A DNA stretch of 64,000 bases. Origin: Marsupella aquatica (lineage: Eukaryota > Plantae > Marchantiophyta). The position numbers and the translations under genes are program-made. The notes beneath the pieces are model-generated. The model saw only the letters and a list, made by a program, of their open reading frames with translations. It ran no database searches and was not told the origin of the DNA. Position 1 is the first letter of the stretch. The number at the start of each line of letters is the position of its first letter. Positions 24,421-36,518 of this stretch are shown piece after piece. Location of the stretch: contig OZ316892.1 of assembly GCA_973895155.1 (NCBI GenBank), positions 12,588,238 to 12,652,237 on the forward strand, read 5' to 3'.

Positions 24421-25430
24421 CAGAACATCCTCTGGTTAAGTACAAAAGTTAAGGTAACCCATATTCAAAAAGGGGGTTAAGTTACTAATTAGAATAGTTT
24501 GGGGGACAAGTTGATTATAGCAGGTTCATCCCTGAGGCTTTGTTTTTTTTGTCTTGTAATGATGAGTGTAAAAAATCTATTCTTTTTACAATTAAATACA
24601 ATAATAGAAGTATGGTATATGCAAAGAAAAGAGTATCTTTAACAATGAGTGTGATACAAGCATAGAAATAAGGTACAAGCAAAGAAATACACATAATGAT
24701 GAATAAGTACAAGTCTTATGGAATAAAGATATTGAATAGTTGTGCACATAAGGTACACATATCCACTTGCCAGAGGTAATGATAATCAATTCAATCAAAA
24801 TCATAAGTTTAGGAAAACTAATAATGGGGGAACTTAAGACACTAATTGTCCACATTCTCAAGTTCATTGCTCTCGCTCATGAGAAGAGGTGAAACTTTTT
24901 CTCTCTTCTGGTAGAAGTTTATGTTGAACTAAAATGTCAAGAAAGTTTATGTTGAACTAAGACGTCATTCTTGACGATATGATCATGACCCATACCATGT
25001 CCACGTAGTCGACACAATCCATACGTGGTTCACCTCTTCTCCAAGGCTACGTCCACACAAACATGAAAACTTTATTTCAAGAGTCGTCTCCACACATGAG
25101 CTCTCTCTCACATCGCGTCGTTACAATAAACAAACACTAATGTACCAGTGGCTTACACTAGCCCTGGTATATACAAGGTCACTTACAACTAACCTAACCT
25201 CAGCTAAGTCCTTAATTGTGGTTAAACTAATTATTGTAACCTATGAATCACAAGACTAAGAACAATACTTGACAATTTAGTGATAAAGTGTATACTTAGG
25301 ACAACAAAGATTAAAAATGAACTCAAAATCCTCTAGGACTACAAAAAATCAAATGGGGGTCACAAAATTCATTCCTAATCTATATAACACAAATGATACA
25401 CCTAGAGAAGGCACATTGAAATACAAATTT

Positions 25431-25892
25431 ATGACTGAAATATAAATATATATAGCAGCATCAAAATTTATTTCATAGTTGATAAATTACACTCACTTTG
25501 GAGGATAGGTTAGTAAAAAGCTCAATGAAAAAATTAAAGTCATATGACTGAAAATATGAATAAACAAAATTGTGGATTCACCATATATGGCAGCATCAAA
25601 ATTTATTTCACAGTTGATAATTACACTCACTTTGAGGGATAGATTAGTAAAAAGCTAAATGAACAAATAAAAGGGGCTAGAAAAATGACTAAATTCTAAA
25701 AATACATTACAAAAGCGTAGATCAGAGCAGATTTTCATAAAACACATTGCAAGCAATTTGAATAACACAACGTAGGGAAAGAGTAAACATTAAAGGGGCC
25801 GGAAAACAGACTCAATTCTAAATAATACATGACAAAAGCCTACATCAGAGCAGATTAACTAAAAATACATTGCAAGCAATTTGAATAAGACA
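25431..25892. repeat. Two adjacent tandem duplications (each ~115-135 bp x2) upstream of CLPTM1
   Basis: gcagcatcaaaatttatttca.agttgataa at ~25455 and ~25590; aaaggggc..gaaaa...gact.aattctaa..atacat.acaaaagc at ~25670 and ~25792. Confidence 0.85.
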
Positions 25893-26350
25893 TCATGGGG
25901 AATTCGTTTTGGGGTCATCAAGCACATCCCTAGGTTTAAATGTGGCTGAGTTTTTGCACAAACCGGCACACAGAGTTCTGCAAAAGGGTGCAAAGGTACG
26001 TCCGGGCGAGGGGAGGGGTTATTATTATTTATTTATTAGGGGGTGGCGGTGGGGCGCAGATGCTTTGATTTGGCCCACAGAGTACCATAGCTTTAAATGT
26101 TAATTTCCGTATCCCCGTAGAGCCCAGACGACAGAAGAGCGCATATACAGTAGTACAGTACACGCCCGGGGAGAGACAGGGCACGAGAAGAATGATGCTT
26201 TGTATCAGGATCGCGAACATGCACTCTCGAGCTATGTAGAGGCGAGGCGAGGCGAGGCGAGCAGAGCATCAGGTGAAGCTCTCCTCGCACATCGAGGAGC
26301 TTGAGGAGAGGCGAGGCGAGGGCGAGGAGAGGAGAGGAGAGGAGGCAGCG

Positions 26351-29300
26351 ATGGCGACGGCGGGAGAAGTGCAAGTGCCGAGAGCAGGCGCACAGAATGG
26401 ACGACAAGGAGCAGCGGAGCCGCGACAAGGCATCGGAAGCATGCTGTTCGGAGTGGTGCGAATGGGCATCTTTTGGTATTTCGCGATGCAGATGTTCGCC
26501 CCGAAGAAGCCCAGTAGTAGCACCGTGCTCACCAGCAATCTCTTCTCCAAGGGAGAGAACTTGGTCAGGCTTTTGTACTTCTTCTTTGCCTTTCTTGTCT
26601 GGCTGGATTGCAGTCGGGGATGTGGAGGTGGAATTTCGTTTTTCTGCCTCCGTTTTTCCTTTTTATCTCGTGGTTGATCAGCCGGCGAGGGCTTCTCGCT
26701 TTCAGTGGATTGTGTAAATTCTTTCGGGTGTGAAAAATTGGTGCTGGAGAGAGAAAGTTCGCAACGAACACACCGGTAGAATTTCGGCTTGTCAGAGCCT
26801 TTTCAGAGGATTTTCAGGTCGTCCGGCAATAACTCAATATATCTAAGTATTTGCTTGAAGCTGATATGTCCAGTACCTGCTCATGTTCAGCGTTCGTTGT
26901 GTTTTTCTTTCTTTGTGTGAAGCTTTCTGAAAGAACTCCCCTAGACTTTGTTTTTTATTTCCACTTCCAGACTGAATGTGGCTCCGGATCTGTCTGCCCG
27001 CTGGGAATACGACCGTCTCGTAGGTCAGGGTGCAAGGTTGGATTGTGCATAAATGTACAGAGCAGTTGAATAGGAGTAGTTGCTGGTTTGTCTGTTAGCA
27101 CCAGTAAGGCTCTCTTGACTGTACATCAAGCTTTGCCCGGATTGCATCAAGCTACAATCGACAATTTGGATGAACATATTAGGTTGCGTATCGAAAGCTC
27201 CGATTAGGAAGTGGATTGATGCATCAAATGATTGATTTATGGTCTTTTCCCCTGGAAACTCCTGGTTGCAGTAAAATCTGTCCTCTTGAGATTTCTTGTT
27301 CCCCTGCACAATTTCTGGGATGTCAGCTCTCCGAAAACTTTGGTCAGCTGCTCGAGAGCACTGTACATGCCTAGGTCAAGCGTGGAAGCCTTGCGCAGAC
27401 TCAATCGCTTGAAGCTTTGATATCTATTACGATGGGGCTTTCATTGTATATCTACTGAGAGCGACTGTAGACTGTCACGTGAGCCCTCCTCAGCAGTTCG
27501 CGTGACAGGTTTGCTTTGAAAGGAGTACACCGAAGAGTACTGTAGTTGCTAGGGTGATTCCCGAAAGTAGTGATTGGCTGTCTTTGCATTCCACGTATTC
27601 ATCTGCCGTTTGTGGTGCCCAGTTCAAACTATTAGCATGAACAACGCCGCCACTCTGTCTACAAGGTTGAGTACGACAAGCCACATGCCGATGCGGTGGT
27701 TGTTCTCACGACACTGAATACTTAGCTAGATCCTTGGGGACAATCGTGAAACCTGGTCATGGTAAAAGGAGCCTCCATGTCTACTCCCGAACCTTGTATT
27801 TACGGTGTGTCGACGCGTTTAAGTGTTTGAATTTACACACAGGGAGGGGTTTAAGCACGTACCGTAAATTAGTTGACGAGGGTTGTATAGCTCGAACTGC
27901 GGATTATTTGCCTACCATGTATGGAACTCTGTTACAGTCCACCTTGCCCGATGGTATGGTAGATTTCAACGTTTAGTTGAAGCGCAAAAGTTGAATAATT
28001 GGGCAGCTCCATTGGTAGAACTAGGCACGGCGAGGTTTCATTGATGTGAGCCAATTGTGGGCTTCTGAGTTGCGCAGTGTTGTAGAAGGTCGTTGTACAG
28101 GTTCAATTACTGAGCAATTTGACAGGCCTGATGTCAAAATATTATTGCCTTATCTGCATTGGGTATCACTTTGACAAAATCGTCTGAATCCAGGTTCATC
28201 AGTACTATGATTGATGGTTTTCTACAACTGACTTGCTATGTTCCCTTTTCCTTTACTTTGAAACAGGATTTCTGGATGTACGTTTCGGAAACCGAGAACT
28301 TCAGCGACTTTGGCAACGAAGAGTTGTTGGCTTGGCATGAAGTGAATGTACCCTATGCAGTCTGGACACCAGCAAGTGTCCGGTATCACGAGTTCACGTA
28401 CCAACCTTCTGAGGTAAACTTGAAAGCCGTGAGGTTCATACGACGAAAGAAAAAGTTACCTTCTGAAGGGCATGTCGTACTTCAAGTCTGATTTAATGCC
28501 TCCGACGGTCTATTTTTTCCACCTTTGTTGGAATTGAAGAGGCAATCGTTGGTAGTGATAGAGTTTCCTTGAACGACCACAGTAAACTAATGAGGGAGCT
28601 GTCAAAGTAGGATAAGATGTACACGTGAGACGGGTACAGACAGTTGCAGCGTGTTATTAAATGCTGGATGCCTCCTCCTGATAATGCATCGCTTGCAATG
28701 CTGAAAGTAATAGAGATATCTCACAGTTTTTTGCTTAGAGAAACTTTTGTAGCTTTTCCTGTGATTGTGTTCCTCTCCTGTCCTTGTCTTCTGAATGTTC
28801 TCATTATGCATGCTTGCTGATGCCCAGTTCGGCAACCTTATTGGTTAAGACTGTGTGGGATGCCTGACTTCCCTTTGTAACACAATAGAACTCTTACCCA
28901 ATTCGAATGAGGGTCTTCCAACCTTTTCGGAACAGTGCTCTCAAATATCGTTTGTTGCTTCGAATGAGGGTCTTCCAACCTTTTCGGAACAGTGCTCTCA
29001 AATATCGTTTGTTGCAAGGTTTGTCAACAATACTCATACTTGATGCCTATACTTTGGCTGATTGTTTTGTTCTGCTTTGGCGGCGATCAACAGGAGGTCC
29101 AAAAGAACAATGCCACTATTTATGCGCACGTGTATTTTGCTCGCTCAGGGTACTCGCCAGACCCTAAAGATCCTGATTATGATCGTCTTGCAACGTTTAA
29201 TGCCAGTCATTGTAAGTTATTTCACATCTTCATTCTCAATGCTGTGTATCAGATTCTCAGATTCAGATTGAACTAGATTTGACCTGATAGCGTACTTTCG

Positions 29301-32300
29301 TGGATGTTTGCTCAACTCAAATTTTAATGAATCTTTACCCTGGATCCTTCGATCATTTATGACCTGATCATGTACTTGAGAATAGAGCTTGTATGATTGC
29401 TGCAGTGCTTTGCAGTTGTAATTTTCTATGCTGTCAATAGTTGAGTGCTCATTTATCTGAAACGTGTAAAACAGCTCTTGTAACTCATGTTCCAAAGCCA
29501 AAGGCCGACACTCGAAAGAACCTACTAGGAAACGATGATGTGGGAACGCAGGCACCAATCGAAACCAAGGTATTTTTATCGGGAAGTCATAGCACCATAA
29601 ATGTGCGCGTGGGACCTCTGTTGTTTGGTTGTTTTGTGTCTTCTCAGTTTGCGTCTTGGTTCCCTTCATAAAGTAGTGCTTTGACTGTGAATTTGTGTTC
29701 CTACAGGCAACAGAAGACAGCACAGAACTGACAGGCCAGCCCGAATGGGTGTCTTTATGGAAGCCCAATATTACGATTAATTTAGTGGACGACTTCACTA
29801 GGTAAACTGGCTCAAATAGATCTCATGATGTGTATTGTATTATTATAAATTGCCAGCTTAGATCCAATTGTTATTCTAAATGCAAGTCAATTGCAGGTGT
29901 TCATGATGTTTAGGAACTGACGTGCCTTCCCTGACGTCAGATATGCGCTCACTGACCTTGTTTCTAGAGCTAGTCAAGATGCAGAACATGTCTCTGTGAT
30001 CCTCTCTAGAATTAGTTGCTGCTCAAGCATAGACACTGAAGATCAAACACGTGATGGCAAATCTATTCGTTCTGAGCCTCATTTCTACAATTTACGGGTT
30101 TTCCATGTTCAAAGGACGCGTAGAATCTTATGTTATCGGCATAGACCGCAAGTTCTGAGCCTGGCAGGGCATTCTATCCTGGCTCCCAGCCCTTTCAGGA
30201 CTCGGCTAGATGATAAACACTATGCACCAGTGAATCCTTCGTCACTCTGTCTCCTGAATGGAGTGCTCCTGCCGAGTCTGCACTTAATAAACAAAAATCG
30301 CTGCTTCTCATATAGGCTCTGGAAACTGGGCCAAAAGACCAAAATCACTCTCCTGTGCCAGTATAGCAACACAAATAGGACCAAGTTGGCCTGCCTAGTT
30401 CATCTCCATGAATGGTTCTAGTTCCCGACTAAAACGCAAAAACCCTCAGAGATTCAGCAGTCATTAATGGGGTCACCTTTCACTAAAATAGGCCACATAA
30501 ATTTCTTTGAAGGTACAGGGATAACCTGAGGTAAAATGAGCTGCGTGACGCACACAGTAGCAAGGAAGAATGCTCTTGATAATGGTATGCAGTGGCGGAA
30601 ACTGGGCGTACGGATAGGTCGGGACACAGGACTTTCCTGGTTCATTCTAAGCCATTGGGCAATTAGATTTTTCATCCCCTGATTTCTGGGCCCAATTCAC
30701 ACGTGACATCCCCGCTCTATACATGCAGCTGTCTCTTTTTATCGATACCTGCATAATTAATGGAACGTCTCAGGGGAGTATATACTCGTCCGAAACTAGC
30801 GATAGCCAAATCATGTTTAGGTTTGGAAGCGAACGAGACTTTAGCTCTCAACAATACATGTCATATCTGTGTGCGAATCTGGTTTTGTTTTGATTGTATG
30901 TCAGTAATTGATTGCCTTTTGAGTAACTTTCGTGTCGTCTTTGTTCTCACTTACAAGCTGGTCTTGACAGGTATCCAAAAGATGCAGTGCCACCAATAAT
31001 ATTAGAACGTAAGGGTCCATTTTTGGACATTCACATAATTCCTTTTCAGATGTTTGGTTAGGTTGTCTGGTTAGCTTGTGACGGTGATGCAGACCTTGAC
31101 GGCATTGGCAAAACCTCTTTGAGCTGATTGTAGTGACTTAAACCCCGTGGGAATTCTCACTCTTGTATGTGATGGTGATGCAGACCTCAAGGTTGATGAG
31201 CTTTCCAACGACTACTACCCCGTGGTGTTTTTCAATGAGTTCTGGCTGTTACGGGACAAATACGTTGCTATAAATGAAACAGTGAAAACGCTCTCACTAT
31301 CAATGGAGGTCGGACAAATCACCTTGGCACGTTGGCAAATCTATATGCAAATAGACCAGTCATTCCAGTCTCGACGCTCACAAGGAAGCATGATTGAGGG
31401 TGAAGCTGATCAATTCAAGGTACAACAGCATCAGAGAACGATGGCTCCTTCTGGTGCAGACCGCTATCCTATTTTATTTTTGAGTGCCTATGTCTGAAAA
31501 TCTTAACTCTCTGGGCGCTGGTGTTGCTGGTGGCAGAGAATTTTTCTGGAGGGGAATCCAGTCCTTTTGGTAGTGACCATGTGTGTTTCTTTGCTTCATA
31601 CAGTATTTGATATGCTGGCCTTTAAGAACGGTGAGCAACTCAGGCAAACCTATTCTTTAGTGTCAGATGAGTAGCAGGTCAATATACAGCATGTCGGTTC
31701 ATATCTGTCTTCCACTTTATTTGGGGGTTCTACGTGTCGGACAATTTAGAACTTTGAACTGCTACTGTCTCCAGAAGGATTTCTAACCCATGCAAGAATT
31801 TAATTATGCGATATGATCTTTGCTCCAGTATGAAGTATTAGGGGTGATAAACCGGCTTTATTCTAGGGCTAAAATGGTATCTCCATTATTAGTTATCTCT
31901 ATGCGTTTTTGATGTGGGAGGAGGGACTAAAGTTGCCGTATTGTCTGCCATTATCTCAGACATTCAGTTTTGGAACAAAAACAAGTCAATGGAAGGATTA
32001 TCAGCACGCTCAGTGGTTATCAACTTTGTCTCTCAAGTGATTGTATTCCTGTACCTGTTGGACAATGAAACATCGTGGATGATCCTGCTTAGTTCGGGTA
32101 TGGGTTGCTGCATTGAGTTCTGGAAGATTGGCAAGGCCATGCATATTGAGGTTCGTGTTTGGTCATTTTGCAAAACCTTGTAAATGTGAACCTGACTGTG
32201 AGTGAAAGGTTCTTGTATCATAAGTTTGCTTAACTTGGACATTTTACTATTGCCTCTACATGGACATCTGAGGTGAATGGGCTTGTGCTTCAACCTTTCC

Positions 32301-33474
32301 TCTCTTGGTTTCTCAGAAATTCAATTCTAGCCTGTACATCTGATAATGGAAACCTGAAGTGGAGAAGCATGTCATGTTTCCTAACTCGTATTCGTTGTGA
32401 TCAGATTGATCGAAGCAGAGGATTTCCACTGTTGAGGTTCAGGGATCGTGACTCTTATGCCAAGAATAAGACTAAGGAGTATGATGACATGGCCATGAAA
32501 TACTTGTCTTATGCCCTTTATCCCATAGTTGCATGTTTTGCAATCTATTCTCTCACCTATGAGCGACATAAGAGTTGGTATTCGTGGATATTATCGTCGC
32601 TCACAAGTTGCGTCTATACTTTTGGTGAGCATTTTCTGCCCTTATCCATTTCCTCGGCTTTGTCTTGGAATTTTATCGTAGTCCAATTTCTTGGAGGTTT
32701 TCTTCTTTGTTGTTATTCATAAACTTGTTGGTCATGTTTGAGTATCGGATGCCAGCTCATGTTCTCACAAAAATCCAGCTTTGTTCTTAACTGTTATGGG
32801 AAATCCTTATCACCAACTGATCTTGAAAATTTATTGCAGGATTCATCATGATGTGTCCTCAACTCTTCATAAACTACAAGCTGAAGTCGGTCGCTCACCT
32901 ACCTTGGCGCCAAATGACTTATAAATTCTTGAATACAATAATTGATGATCTTTTTGCTTTTGTCATCAAGATGCCATGGCTTCATCGCCTGTCTGTATTT
33001 CGGGATGGTATGCTACTTAACCAAATTCTATGTGCAGATGTTGTTGGATCTCGGACAATAATGTATTCTCCTTCTGTTTATGGTTTTGACCCAATCGAAG
33101 GTCCTTTCGCGTTGTGTTCTCAAGGTTGATTACGGCTTTTGCACTTCCTTTCTCTGACCTCCTGACAACCTGGATGAGCAGATGTCGTATTTCTGGTGTA
33201 TCTGTACCAACGGTGGGTATACCCGGTCGACAAGAAGCGCGTAAATGAATTTGGGTTTGGGGGGCCGGATGATGAAGGAATAGTGGCGACACATGCCATA
33301 GAGGGAGCTAATTCGTCCGTAGTAGAGAAAACTGAAGGGAGAAGTAGCTTAGCCCTTGAAAGTACTTCTGCTTCAGAGCAGAGTGGGAGAACTGGACCTG
33401 CTGTGAGGGCAGTCGATGGAAGTGTCTCTTTGACCTCTTCAGAAGATTTAGGAAATGATAAGAAAAATTTGTAA
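26351..33474 (+). CDS. CLPTM1: CLPTM1-family multi-pass ER membrane protein (cleft lip and palate transmembrane 1 homolog), 12 exons, 635 aa
   Basis: Exons 26351-26563, 28267-28413, 29094-29211, 29475-29569, 29707-29801, 30971-31008, 31184-31419, 31537-31630, 31960-32150, 32405-32624, 32840-33007, 33182-33474; in phase. Motifs FFNEFWLLRD, FDMLAFKNDIQFW, KSMEGLS, MMCPQLFINYKLKSVAHLPW, TYKFLNTIIDDLFAFVIKMP, YLYQRWVYPVDKKRVNEFG, C-terminal DKKNL*. Confidence 0.96.
28902..29015. repeat. Exact 57 bp tandem duplication in CLPTM1 intron 2
   Basis: ttcgaatgagggtcttccaaccttttcggaacagtgctctcaaatatcgtttgttgc x2. Confidence 0.95.
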
Positions 33475-34874
33475 AAATGTTTTTTCAGCTGTAGTTTATT
33501 GAGAATTTTGTCATCATTTCCTTGTGTCGCTGTTGATTAGGTGTTCCATTTCTGGTCTCATTTCAAGGATAGAATTTTTTGGGAGGTTACTCAGCTGCTA
33601 TGAGTAAGTATCTCAAGTTCCTCGGATGTTCCTTAAGGCATGGGGTGGGATGTCTTCCAAATTCTCTGGATCCTCTCGATTCGAATGAATGATGGTTGGT
33701 GTATCCTGTTCCAAGAGGATGAATTTCCCGTCGTATGATTGAATGCAATCACTTGTTTGTAGACAGACAGCGTCACTGGCATGAATCCTATTGGCTTTCA
33801 AGAAAAATTTCCTGGACACGTAGTTGCTATTGAATATTGTTGCAAAAGCGATCCATTTCGGGCTCACGAGGAACATTCATCTGGAGAGATATATTATTAT
33901 AGGAAACACAAGAGGAACTACAATCGGCAGTATAGCTAACATTTGGTAGCTGTTTTTGAGCTGGACTGTATTTTTATCCCAGTGACGTTATTTAATCACA
34001 CAGCAGGTAGCATGGTCCATCCATTGGCATCACAAGGTACAATAGGGCTTTGACTTTTGTGTAGAAAAGGTTATCACAGCACTAATCATGGTGAAAGGTG
34101 TGGGGATTTTAGCTTTTTTGTGAAGAAGATCACCACATCGAATGTCCCTTGTGCTGCCCTATTTGTGGGAGTTACTCGTACTACCTTAAGCCTACACTTG
34201 ACTGTAGCCTGGTACAGGTGGTAGCGGTGTGGTTGGGTGGGACATGAATGCCACGAGTAGCCTGAGAGGCTGAAAAATAATACACCCCTCCGCGAGTGCA
34301 AAGGAAGTATCCCGCCCATGCCTTTCCTCGTGGCCCAAGAAATGGGTTCGATAGTCTCCTGCAAATGTGTATACTCCCACTGAACTGCTCTGATCAGTCT
34401 TAACACTGGCCACATTGGACGACATTGGCAATTGCTACCAATCAATGTGGTTCTGTGCTTCCAGAACTCTAATACACTACTGTGAAATTTCCTGGCTTGG
34501 TTGGTGGTATGGGTGGTGCTGTACGCCAAGAACTCTCTCGGACACCAAGTTGCAACACGCAAATGCGCTCCTTTGGTGGGGAATGCTCCTACCTTCATGT
34601 AGCAATTAGGGGTCTCAAACATAGCCCGCATGAGACTAGCGGCATTCCGGGTCTAGGTTCTGCAGGGACAGCTGCAAAATGTGTGAGCTCCCTGAGCCTA
34701 GCCTACACACTAATGTTGGGGGATTTGTTTGGATGGTGGATTGCCACCCAGTACAGCCTGGCTGTTGAGGGAGGACTGAAAAAAAATTGATTCAAAATAT
34801 CTTGAAGTCATCAACAGGTCATGGTACGGACTATTGCCCTATTGTACCTGGCCCTATTCTACGGAAGAGCAACA

Positions 34875-35017
34875 TGGGTGCATATTTGAGACACCCTAAT
34901 ATGGGGTCTCAAAAGTGGGCCATGTGCCCAAGTTATGGATTTATTGGGTGCATATTTGAGACACCCTAATTATGGGGTCTCAAAAGTGGTCCATGTGCCC
35001 AAGTTATTGATTTATTG
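34875..35017. repeat. ~71 bp tandem duplication with internal hairpin
   Basis: tgggtgcatatttgagacaccctaat(t)atggggtctcaaaagtgg.ccatgtgcccaagttat x2. Confidence 0.9.
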
Positions 35018-35112
35018 TCCGCCCCATAGGAACTCAGGTATGGGACCTACTTTATGATTTAAAACGAGGGGGGAGGTAGAATTGACTCGCCCCATATGGT
35101 AGGGGTTATGGT

Positions 35113-35467
35113 ACTGTAACCGATTGGCTCCCACACTTTTTAATAGAATACCTTGTTTTTGCATTGTTAGACTTTATAGACTCCCAAAGAGTCCTTTGGG
35201 AGGATTGCTCAAGCTAGTTTGTGCTTTCCTTGCTGTAACCACAGACTGGCTCCCCCACTTTTTAATTGAATACCTCATTTTTGCATTGTTAGACTTTTGA
35301 GACTCCCAAAGAGTCCTTTGGGAGGATTGCTCAAGCTAGTTTGTGCTTTCCTTACTGTAACCACAGATCGGCTCCCCCACTTTTTAATTGAATACCTCAT
35401 TTTTGCATTGTTAGACTTTTGAGACTCCCAAAGAGTCCTTTGGGGGATTGCTCAAGCTAGTTTGTGC
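35113..35467. repeat. Tandem repeat, ~120 bp unit x3
   Basis: ctgtaacc...ggctcccccactttttaattgaatacctcatttttgcattgttagacttttgagactcccaaagagtcctttgggaggattgctcaagctagtttgtgc x3. Confidence 0.95.
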
Positions 35468-35645
35468 ATCTGCTGCCAGATAGACCTATTACTCCTGGAC
35501 AGTCCCATCGAAGTAAATGCTGTCTGATGTGATCATTCTCTTACACCCCAGGTCTGAAGAGATATCTTATTAAAAGTTTGGCGTGAATTCACCTAAAGTA
35601 AGAACTTCCATTGTGTGGTTCGTTGCAACTCCCCATCTCAGAGGT

Positions 35646-35740
35646 GGTTTAGGGTGTAAGGTCAAAACCCTAAACCATAAAGAGATGACCCTTAACCTAT
35701 ACCATCTTTTAAGGGTTAACCCTAAATTCAACCCTAAACC
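35646..35740. repeat. Cluster of plant-telomere-like (TTTAGGG/CCCTAAA) motifs
   Basis: ggtttaggg, aaaaccctaaacc, aaccctaaa and aaccctaaacc within 95 bp. Confidence 0.55.
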
Positions 35741-36518
35741 TTTTGCTTGTACAGGATTCATAAACTTGGATAGGAAAGTAAGTATATGAACCTGAATAAC
35801 ATGGGTTTAGAGGAAAACAACTTTACTTTCACAAACAACGACATTCTGTTTATCTTTTGTCAAGCATAAACAGGTGAGAACTTAATGCTATCTGAGCTAG
35901 AAAGGGTCCTATGTGGGCATAAAAATAGTTGATCTGACCCTAGTGGTTTTCATTCTAGGGTCTGTCACATTTTTTCTGAACATGATGCTCCAAAAGGACA
36001 ATTTGGCTCCCCAGCTGAGACTCGGTTGTTGGAAATGAAGTATAAGCTCAAGTAGATACAAACCACAGATCAGATAAGTCATTCAAATATTTGGTGGCCT
36101 GCACAGGTGGTATCTGAACATGCAAAGAATCTTATCATTTCATCCATGCAAACAAAAGATGACATCCTGCAACGGTCCCCACATCTCAAAGTAGAATGAC
36201 ACCAAGGCAAGGAAAACGAACTCTTAAAGGCGAGTATTACTTTCACGCAAAACATTTGACGCCAAGACAAGGTACCAAGGTGAGTACTTTCAAGTCGAAG
36301 GCATACTATACTGGATATTGACAAAGAGATTGTTCCATACATCTCCAACATGAGGGCCTACACCTACTCGTGCTAAGGAAAGCATTTCGGTGGCATGAGA
36401 TCCTAATCTCAGTGAGCGCTGAGAACAATTCCACATTTACTTCGGGGTCGCCCCAAATGCTGAAAAGGACCACCCCTCGAAACTACTGTGATGGTCAGAC
36501 CGTAATTAAAGTGAGAAT

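Noticed and set aside
29217-29798. 193 aa minus-strand ORF
   Set aside because: Antisense to CLPTM1 exons and introns; no recognisable homology.
34086-34631. 181 aa minus-strand ORF between CLPTM1 and MSH2
   Set aside because: No recognisable motif or splice structure and it abuts repeat-derived DNA. Cannot be supported without a database search.
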